Below, in pieces: positions 26,680 to 37,037 of a DNA stretch of 64,000 nt (positions within the stretch are counted from its first letter, which is position 1; every line of letters starts with the position of its first letter). The DNA lies in the NCBI RefSeq assembly GCF_023055435.1, contig NW_025964001.1:1674001-1738000 (forward strand), in the 5' to 3' direction. Under the pieces are notes generated by a model. It was not told the origin of the DNA. It did not search any database and was given only the letters and a program-made list of their open reading frames with translations. This stretch comes from Haliotis rufescens. Its lineage: Eukaryota. The translations under genes and the position numbers were made by a program.

Positions 26680-26961
26680 GTGAGTGAGTGAGTTGGGTTT
26701 AACGCCGCTTTTAACAGTATTCCAGTTATATCACGGCGTGTCAGCTTCTTGTGGGAGGAAAGCCCGAAGTGATGCAGGTCTCAGACGTTTACCACTTCGG
26801 TGAAACCCACGAGCACGGGTATGGTGCTGACAAACCTGAGACATAATTGGGGCGAACCGGGATTCGAACCCACAATCATAGGTAATTGACGTGCCCAAGG
26901 GACGCAACTCTGCACAGCGAAACGCGGCTCCTTAGACGACTGGGCCGCCACCCGTGCCCCC
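26680..26961 (-). mobile_element. tRNA-derived SINE family C
   Basis: Closely similar to 17451-17734; TSD TGCCACAACAATA at 26667-26679 and 26962-26974. Confidence 0.9.
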
Positions 26962-27354
26962 TGCCACAACAATAACACTGTTGCAACATGGTTTTTTTTG
27001 AAAAAATCAGGCTCACAGTTTTAAATAGTTCTAATCTCAATACCCCTCCCCTTTAAGTATCGATCTCGATACTGTTAACACACTGTCGCCCTTTAGTCAA
27101 TACGCCACCATTTGCACCCAGGAAGTATTTATTATTCAAATATCTTTAGTGCCAATCTACGTGTATATACCTTACAGCTTATATTTGATTCAATTGATCA
27201 TTAATAATCCTTGTATTTCGTACGGGAGATATTTACCAGAGGCAAATTTAGTCTGGCGCTTAGACAAACAGCTTCAAAAGGGAGGAGACAACGATAATGC
27301 TATCTTCAGACAAACAACTGCACATTTATCAGCCACTCTATGGTTCATGTAATA

Positions 27355-27745
27355 TGAGGGGCGTTCAATAAGTTTTGCAACTTCAATATAAGACCAAGTC
27401 GCAGAATATCTTTTGCACTTTTATTTTTCAATATAATCTCCATTCACCTCAATACACTTATTCCATTTGTCCTTCAAGCTTTTAATACCACTTTTATAGA
27501 AATCCGCAGATTGCCCCCCTAACCACGCCTCTGTGGCAGACTTTATGTCCTCGTCATCCTGGAAGCGTCTTCCAGGTAGGGCAGATTTCATTTGCCGGAA
27601 CAGGAAAAAGTCACTGGGGGCTAAGTCAGGGCTGTAGGGTGGGTGATTTAACTGTACAGCCCAGACTTGGCCCCCCGTGACTATTTCCTGTTCCGGCAAA
27701 TGAAATCTGCCCTACCTGGAAGACGCTTCATGGATGCTGAGGACA
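27355..27745 (-). mobile_element. Mariner transposase 3' fragment with one TIR and a foldback duplication
   Basis: TA + TGAGGGGCGTTCAATAAGT terminus; HPPYSPDLAPSDFFLF...WNKCIEVNGDYIEK. Confidence 0.9.
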
Positions 27746-29600
27746 ACATTGTTGTTGTTGTGGAAAAGAGCAGCAACGCCATAAATATATTGCCTAAATT
27801 CAGCAAAGTTCTGAATTTTTTAAGTAAGAAAAAGCGATCCATAAACAGGTTCAGAGAGACCAATATACTGATTGACCCGCATTACATGTCTTGTCTGTCC
27901 ACATCGATGACATGCTTTCCACATCGATGAATATAATTGTATATTTCAAAATCTTTTGTAAATGTTAAATTTGTCTTAATTATGGTGTAAGAACACACAC
28001 AACAATAATATTTAAGCACAAAACACAACAGTTCATATACCAGTTCAAAGACCGACAACAGGCACTGTCATCAGGCGAATGTATAGGAGCCACCTTCTGG
28101 TGCCTTCATCGCTGCACAGACATATTCTCTCTTGTATCTTTGTATATATCGTTATGCGCATTGAAGCCTTAGAGGTCACCTACATTGTAATGTTTATACG
28201 AGTTAGAAATGTAAGACTTGGGATGAGTCATGATGTCACAGCTGGAAGTTTTTTTAAAACAGTAGTAAACAGTGGACTGCAACATTCTACAAATGAAATA
28301 TGCAAAGAATGATAAATAGAACAGATAAATTATTATAAAAACGAAATGTTTTGTTCGAAACACTCCGTATTCCGGAGCTTTTTATTCCGAATATTGTTTA
28401 AGGGATTGAGTGTCATGGAATTTTTAAGCAATGAATACACACTATCTTTAAGTGACGTTGAAACCGTTGTAGCAATGTCAACATGATTGGTTCATGGATT
28501 TCATACTTCGTGTTCTTTCAATTCAACGTTTCGGTATTTTTCAGATTTTATTATAAATAAAAACGACAAAACCCTTTCCATATTCACAAGAAATATCTGC
28601 TGAAAGTAGAATCAGTTTTACGATTCCGATTATATCATAAAGGCACTGTGCACCATGCTGTAAATACTCGCATGGAAGACTGTGATGACGACTCCAGATG
28701 AACAGGGTTGGTAAAAGAGAGTCATGAAAAGATGTAAACTGCAGGGCAATAGCAAGCATATACCCATGTTTGATGGTGGCTAAAACTGACGAACAACACA
28801 TGGTTATTCGGTGGTGATGTATTTGATATAGGTACCATAGTTGTGATTTAGACCTTAAGTTTGCAGTGTTTTCAGCCTCGTAACGAATTAAATGTTTTGT
28901 CAACTCCAATTCTCAAGGGTATACTTGCTTGTGCCAGGCAGTTTCATACAATTTATATATTAAATACTACTTGTTTATCACTTTGGCGTTGTGAAGAGAG
29001 CCATAAATTACAAACTTCTGGTAGATAGTCATCAAGGAAAAATATGGAAAAAATAACATGGTTAACTCACCTGGATCAGTATGGCGCGTTGTCCGTATTC
29101 GAACCGGCCGCTGGTAAACTGAGCTTGGAATTTCAGGACATAATGAATTACCCCATAAAAGAAATGCTCACGGTGTCCAAAGTATATTTTATTTTTGTGT
29201 GTGTGCAAAGACAAATTCTACAGGAATGTCGTTCTCAGAAAAACACAAACTCAAGTAATCAGAAACACATATTGTGTAATTAGACAATAACATGCAAGTT
29301 ATATGTCAAAAGTTGGAAGAACATGAAGATATTTCATGGATTACTTCTTTATTGTTTGTAACGGCTATTCAGCCCTGAAGTTTGCCTCCTATTCAGGTGA
29401 ATACCGACTACATGAGTGTGAGTTAATATATACTCATGCTAATGTGTTTACACAGGTTAGAATATATGTACAAAGACAACGATATTATGGGAAGTCAACA
29501 ATCGAGAAGCCAGTTAAAAACAGTAAACTTCTGGAACATTGAAATTTTGTGGAGTAATGGGGATGACTTCAGTAATGTATATCTAAATACGTCCATTATC

Positions 29601-30012
29601 ATATAAACTGACGTCCAAAAGAAACTTTACCAACTGAAAATATAAATTTCAGACAAAGTATCATTTTCTTTCCGATGAAGTCTATCTAAAACACATAACC
29701 TAAATACAACAATAATGTATGCAGAAAATAAATAAAATCAATATTGTCATCTGGTATAAAATCTAGAAAATCTTTCATTCTAGCATTTAGATCACCCACT
29801 AGAAATATGTGTTTGTCGGGATGGTCAGTCATGATAATATTTATATAATGTTCAAGAGTAGTGATACCATCGTATTCACTATTTTCATATATTGATGAAC
29901 CTTCAGGTGAGACATAAGTAAAAATCAGAACTGAGTCTCTGTCAATGTGAACACGGCTAGTAGCAAACAGCAACAAAACTATATTCTCGAAATAGTCATA
30001 TAGTCTACTGAT
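29601..30012. mobile_element. Duplicated Tc1 left end plus captured LINE endonuclease fragment
   Basis: 29601-29728 repeats 30011-30138; 29737-30012 is a close copy of about 19648-19922. Confidence 0.85.
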
Positions 30013-30013
30013 A

Positions 30014-31558
30014 TAAACTGACGTCCAAAGGAAACTTTACCAACAGAAAATATAAATTTCAGACAAAGTATAATTTTTTTTCGATGAAGTCTATCTAAAA
30101 CACATAACCTAAATACAACAATAGTGTATGCAGAAAATGTTAATCGTCTGTTACATGTTTGCGAGATAACACGCGAAAAAGTGAAAAACACGTGCACCAC
30201 GGACAACTGCAAATGCACGTGCGGGTAAGGGTATAAAACGATTGCAACGGCAAGTCAGACATCCACAGTGATAAAAAAACACAAAAGAAATGCCACGACT
30301 CACAGTCGAACAACGTGAACTAGCCTTGGGTATGGTACAGATGGGAGCCACCCACGTCCATATTGCACGAACCTTCGGTTGCTCCCGTGTTGCCGTTACC
30401 AACTTGATACAACGTTACAGACAGACAGGGCGGACCGCTGACAGGCCAAGAACAGGCAGACCCAGGGTGATCGCGCCCCATGATGACCGGTACTTGCGTA
30501 CCGTGCACCTCCGAAATCGCTTCCTGACAGTGACGTCATCGGCGACAAATGCCTTAGGTCACAAGGTTAGTCGACAGACAGTGGCCAGGAGACTCAGGGC
30601 TCATGGAATCAGGGCTTTTAGACCATACAGAGGACAGCTATTGACAGCGCAACATCGTCGTCTGCGATTGAGATGGGCCCGGACTGTACGACGTTGGCAA
30701 CGACGTGACTGGCAAAGGGTTGTCTTCACTGACGAAAGTCGATTCTGTATGTTTAGGGCTGATGGAAGACAACGTGTTTACCGCCGAAGGGGTGAACGAA
30801 CGGCGGCGTGTTGCGTGCAGGAGGTCGTACCATATGGGGGAGGGAGTGTCATGGTGTTGGAAGGGATCTGTGGGCAGGTAAGGACACCGCTGGTCATCGT
30901 TGACGGAAACTTGACAGCTCAGCGTTACATGGATAACATTCTTCGTCCAGTTGTCCTACCATTTCTCCAACAGCAGCCAAGTGGTGTCATTTATCAGCAT
31001 GACAACGCTAGAGCCAATACAGCCAGAATTGTCACTAACTTCCTCGCAGCCAACAACGTCAACGTCCTGCCGTGGCCTGCACGCTCACCCAACATGGTCC
31101 CCCATAGAACACCTCTGGGACTTGATGGATCGTCGCGTTCGACAACGATCACACTCTCCAGCGAACCGGCAAGAACTGATCTTGGCCCTCCAAGAAGAAT
31201 GGCGTCAAATCCCACGTGACCTCATCAGACGACTGACTTTTTCTGTGAGTCGAAGAGTTTTTGCGTGTATTGAGGCATTTCGTGGTCACACACGCTTCTC
31301 ATGACTTGTTATTGAACGTGAGCGATTGTTTATGTACTCTGCCTATTGTCCATTATTCTGAAAGCTCGAGTTTTGTACCACACCCAACTTTGGGGTCTCT
31401 GACGTCATTCTCGGTCGCGGTATGATTGTCATTTTCAGTGTTGATTATGTTGATATATTGATCTTCTCAATACACTTTACTTCATGCATGTACGTTTTCT
31501 TGTTTTTGAGCAAGAGTGATTTCAAACTCTGGTAAAGTTTCTTTTTGACGTCAGTTTA
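30014..31558 (+). mobile_element. Tc1-like (DD34E) DNA transposon, near-intact
   Basis: TIRs TAAACTGACGTC(C/A)AAA(G/A)GAAACTTTACCA with TA flanks; transposase 30290-31304. Confidence 0.92.
30290..31304 (+). pseudogene. Tc1 transposase with a +1 frameshift near 31096
   Basis: GRPR, VFTDESRF, QHDNA, WPARSP then SPIEHLWD in another frame; VMVLEG and NARAN replace the usual VMVWGG and NARPH. Confidence 0.88.
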
Positions 31559-32118
31559 TATCCAGTGGAATATGAAGTACAGGACATGATCAAACATATC
31601 TTACGGGAATATAGGGACGTAACCCAGCACGGCGAACAGAGGTGCCTTAGACCACCATGGTCCCCATGGATGGCCGATATGACTGAAGTCCGGCCAATAC
31701 GCTGGCAAATAATTAGCTGCATTGTTTTCCTCTGAATGTTCCCGATGATGTATTATCGTCCATTGGCATCGCTGCATCGTTTATCCACCGGGGGAGGATC
31801 TCTTAGGAGGAGCTCGCAACATGGTCGTGTCGACGATCATCGAAAGCATCTGTGAAGTTCTTGGTTTTTATTTATCGAGATCGGGTAGGTTATCGGCAAA
31901 TAATCAAGACTGGTTATTCTCTTGCATTTAAAAGATGGTGCTTGTTGTACCTTACCTGGCGCTCGGTATTAAGGTACTAAAACAAGGACTGGTCGGCTCA
32001 GAGTGAGTGCACTGTGTCTGAGTTAGGTATTTATGTTAAACTGTGGCATGGTATCTCAGTAGGCTAGTACTATAACATTGCATTAGTCCGCACTAGTACA
32101 AGCTTTAAGCAGCCACAT

Positions 32119-32121
<3 letters not shown>

Positions 32122-32163
<42 letters not shown>
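32122..32163. repeat. (AC)n microsatellite expanded inside a family D SINE
   Basis: About 20 AC units at the position of the short ACACAC tract in other family D copies. Confidence 0.95.
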
Positions 32164-32167
<4 letters not shown>

Positions 32168-32500
32168 TCGCTATATCAGTGCAATTATCTTGGACACGAC
32201 ATTAAACCCAATTTCACCTAACCTCACCTCACCTCTCCATTTAGCGAAAGCAATGGTTGCTGTAAACATTAATAGGGGCATGTCGTTTGGTATTAAACGA
32301 CGTTCATTAATATAATACAAACTGACAACAATACTGTTTTTCATCACTGTGTCGGTGAGGCCACATTGATAGATGTTGGATGTTCGATGGTTGAATTGTT
32401 TTGGTCGATGGATAATTATCCCTATTGACGAAGTGTTGCTGGGCGAGTAGGAACGGAAATCGTCCGTCAATACATCCGCTTCTCAAAGGTCTATTTCTAG

Positions 32501-32754
32501 GACTGCAACCGCATCGATAATCAGACCATATGGCAGGGAATAGAGAGTGATGGAGACCCGGATTCGGACGGCGTCGATGTTTTGTCGCATTTGTGTGGCG
32601 TTATACAGACCGCTATGAGTTCATTGGCTAGAGAACCTACCTTGTACTATGGCAAGAGCTCCGACTTACAGTCAGTGAAACAACAGATTTCCTTACAGCA
32701 GTTTGCAGTGGGTCTTCCTAAAATCTCCACAAACACCAAGATCGTCTCATCAGG
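32501..32754 (+). pseudogene. Frameshifted orphan copy of the gene A S2 exon
   Basis: ttctag|GACTGCAACCGC...CAGTTTGCAGTGGGTCTTCCTAAA...|gtgagt aligns with 12474-12739 but has indels that break the frame; no neighbouring exons found. Confidence 0.88.
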
Positions 32755-33384
32755 GTGAGTAAAGTCAGAACAATTTCTTAAGATATTTGCTTCGCTTTAC
32801 ATTATCCTGACAGCTGTTAATATGCCACCAAAAATAGAATTATGTTTCATAATGTTTGTTTGGTTTTCTTCCAATGTGTCTCAAATACAACGATTACTCA
32901 CTAATGGTATGGTAGGGATCTAGCCATTTGGATACTTTTTCATTCATTTCAAACTTGTTTTTTCATAGTGTATATTATGCTTAGTTATATCGTTTTGTTT
33001 CCAAACACGTTTTAAACATACTTCTGTGATAGTTATTTTACTGTCCTTTGTTGACAAGTTTTTATACAGTCTAAATGCATTAGTGTTAATACGGTTGAAA
33101 TACTGCCGATGTGACTCCATATTTCACTCAATCACTCAAATCAAACAAAGGTTATGTATTTAGATTATTTCACAATTTTGCATGTATTAAGCATTCTCAA
33201 AAAGACATACCTCCTTCTCGGTTTACAGATTTCTTACCTTTTCGCGAACTGCTGGTATCATCACTGTTCAATAGTGATTTATCAATACATGTTCGTGATA
33301 TAGCCGGAAACGACTCTGCTTTAAGCAGATATTTCTTATGAACACGGAAAGGGTTTTGTCGCTTTTATTTACTGCCAAGAGTAG

Positions 33385-34140
33385 GATATTATTATTATTA
33401 TGATGATGAATAAAATAAAAAATGCAGCAAGAGGGTTTAGGCTCATCGTCAGCTCAGGGCCTTTGCCCCCTCCATATGCAGCCCAGTCAGCGAATGGGAC
33501 TTATCCCAGGAAGTGGTGCCTAGTCAAACCCAAACAGAACTTTTCGGAGAATGTGAAGACTCCCAAACACTGCAGCCTTCTGCATTACCTAGATTGTCTG
33601 AAGGGCTGTATTACAGGTAGCAAACCCGGGGACTCTCCCAATGTCAGTCAACAGATTGGGATGTACCAAACCTAAGGCACCGAGAACAATGTGGAGTCGG
33701 ACAACTTGGTACTTGGGATGCAAGCGTGACATTTCAAAGCAGGGTCTGCATATTTGCCATGTTTTTCCTGAATCGTGTCAACCACATTAGTGTCAAAAGG
33801 GGAAGAAAATTCAATAATACAAATGATTGCATTGGATTTATCAAAAAGGACAAGATCAGGTTTGTTGGCCGGGATAACTCTGAGACTGTATACAGGCCTA
33901 TTCCAAAGAATTTTGTATTTATCATTTTCCATGACGCCCTCTACATATTCTGGGTCGTACCATGGATGGACCTCTGTGTCAAAACCACAAGCATTGCGAG
34001 GACGGTAATAAAAGGATCGAGCCACACCATCATGTTGCTAAATATACTGTGTTTGTGCCAAAGCTGGGCATCCACTGACAATGTGGTGGACAGTCTCATT
34101 ACATTCATTGCATAATCTACATTTCATATTCACATTTTGA
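33385..34140 (-). mobile_element. R4/Dong-like (restriction-like endonuclease) non-LTR retrotransposon 3' fragment
   Basis: KCRLCNECNETVHHIVSGCPALAQTQY*QHDGVA; KILWN...NKPDLVLFDK...IIEFS...EKHGKY; TAA/TCA-repeat tail near 33390. Confidence 0.82.
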
Positions 34141-34149
34141 TGCATCTTT

Positions 34150-36356
34150 CGGCAAGCATGCCCTGCTGAAGACCTATTCTAACCCGGATCTTCACGGGTC
34201 TTCACGGGATCTTTATAAATTCCCCTTCTTAAAAATAGGAAGTATCATCACTGTTCTGGGCATTGGCCAGTTATTAATAGCAGCAGTTACATGTGAAGAC
34301 ATCAAGTTGTTGCAATTTTGAAGAGTTCAAACGGGATTTCATTGTCCACAATTCATAACAGCAAGTGAGAAAGTAAACCCGTTCATTGTTTTTCTTTCGT
34401 CCCAATCTTTATCTGTTTCAACTGTTTGCTCTCGTTGTTCTTCACAATTGGAACTTTGTCAGCATATTCATAAAACTTCATACATTTTTTCTCGTCTGTT
34501 TTCTTTGAAATACTTACTCTAAGTGTTAAATCCTGTCGTTTATGGGTATGCATTTTGGAGCAAAAATTACTTCTTAGTAATATCAGGACAAAAAATGATT
34601 TACTGTCACATTTCCACATTGATGACATCAAGTTGTCATTAAAACATCACATCATTGGGGAGATTTATTTTATGAAAGCATATGCAATATTTGAAACCCT
34701 GGACTTCCACATATCTTTGGGGATAGGACATTTAGGCTGGACGCAGGCACTACCATGCTCATGATACATGTTACACTCAGCTCATTGCTCGTCTGTTCTG
34801 TTATGCATACGAGTCATGGCAAAAGGGAATTTAGTAAAGAAATCTGTCTTATCTGATATTGTTCAATTATTCTCAAACAACTGGTTTACGCATGTGAGCT
34901 AGAAATAATAGAGATCAATGAAACCGCTACATCTGTTTTATATATAGGTTTATGCACAAATAGAAATATTTAAGAACGATTTGCCAAAAGCAGTTACGTG
35001 CAGTTAATAAGGCTTTGCTTGTAAACATTATGAAGGATGATGTAATATTTGCTCTCAACCTGGCATAGAAATCGGTCAACGTGAACATAACTGCCAGCAG
35101 TATGGTTACCAGGGCCAACACAGGGCCAACACCAATAAGAGCAATCATTAAAAGAATAGACATGTTAAACTCAAGGGACAGTCTATTGCACTGGTGAACT
35201 CAATACGTGCAAGCGTAATGCTTACTTCTGGAGATGCCTGAAGAAAACTAAATAAACAGTTAAATCGTTTTTAGGTTCCTCATAGTTGATGTGTTATAAT
35301 ACATCTGTATAGAGAGTCTAGATGGCTTCTGTCTGATTCAAGCAGCATAGTAAACATGTTGTATTCTATCAGCAGTGAATCTTACTCCAATATACCTTGC
35401 TATCAAAATAGGTGATCAGGATTTCTTGTTACTCATATTGTGAAATGCATTGTATGGTGGATGTTGAAACGTATCCCTGTGAAATATATCCCTGTGTTGC
35501 TCATGTCTATATCTAACTAATAGCTACAGAATATATTGTGGTTATGTAAGTCTTAAAATCATCATCTTATACAAGGTATTGCTACCCCCACACATCCTCA
35601 AGACCAAACCAAACCGACCCCTGTAATTGATCGTTCAAGAACATTTCCACAAATGTGTACATCTTACTATAAATCAACGTACGAGCTATGCATGTATCCT
35701 AACGTATTGTGAACATACCTGAAATGCAATCGTTGTAAAATTGGATTGTAGTTAAACTTTATATTTGCATTTCAAAGATATGCTTTTTCAAACAACCGGA
35801 AAATATCTCACGTCCACTTTGTCAAAAAAGTTAACTTATACATTACCTTACCAGTTAGTATATGTCTAACACCAAATATGTAAAATATATGTCTGTAAAA
35901 CCTGATACATAAGAAATCCATATATTAGTTTGACCTGTTTGGCTTATGGTCGGTTACAGAAAATTATGCTCCAGGCAGGTAGATATAGTTTTTTATTTTA
36001 ACTGTACGTATCTCCGAACCACAGTGGCAAGGGATATTATTTCAGTTTATGGTCGTTCCGGAAGGAGTACACTAATCCCTGGCGCCAAATGAACAATAGC
36101 TACATTCTACTCAGTCGGTTAAACGTGGACCATTCACGACAGTTTCACGTTGTATGCTTTGCATAGACCATGAAGGGTGCACGTTCATGCATGTAGAAAC
36201 CATGTAAATGTGTCATTATTTGTCGTCAGATTTCCAACTCACCATGTATGGCCAGTTACATAGTACCGTATCTTGTAAGTGTATAACCGACCTTGATATA
36301 AACCTGGACGGCTACCAATCACCAAGTAAATTAAGTCTTTCACTCCTTCTCAAAGG
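34150..36356 (+). repeat. Segmental duplication copy 1 (matches 59348-61495 + 63060-63120)
   Basis: Collinear non-coding alignment over about 2 kb, e.g. CGGGATTTCATTGT, CAATACGTGCAAGCGTAATG, AAATCAACGTACGAGCTATGCATGTATCCTAACGTATTG. Confidence 0.92.
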
Positions 36357-37037
36357 GGCGTCTGCGGTAGGAACGACCGCACTCTGAGTGGGCGGATCTT
36401 ACAGAGTGATCGGACAAATCACTATATGACGTCATGATAACAGACATTTCATTGGTTAATGCGTACACGGATGACGTCATGTAAGTGAGTGAGTGAGTGA
36501 GTTAATTTTAAGTCACATCGGCAATATTTCAGCCATATCGTGACTATCAATAGTTAAATAGAATACATATACTGAAACGATTGTAAAAACCTGCCAACGA
36601 GGGACAGTAAAACAACTAGACTTATCACAGCAATAAATTTAAAACTAGTATGTAATAATAAAATCAATAGCGCTATACATAACAATACATTATAAAAACG
36701 GGCTATAGATCGCCAACAACTGAAGGTAGATCACCATGCTAGGGTCCATGGGGACTTACAGTACTTTTGCTACCTGCATGGACCCCAGCCGGATTTACAT
36801 CATCCCTTCAGGTGTTGGCAATTATTGACAAATGTAGCCAAATTAAAAGAACACATATTCTACGATTAAAACTGTAGTTGGAAAAACATACTTTGAATGA
36901 TATGGACTTACGATACCCTCTCAGGGGGACAATAATTTTATACTACTTTAACCCCCTTTGAGGATACAGCCACGATCAATCACAGAGATTTATTTATTCC
37001 ACTAATGCTAAAATTCATTTATTATATACAAAGCTAA

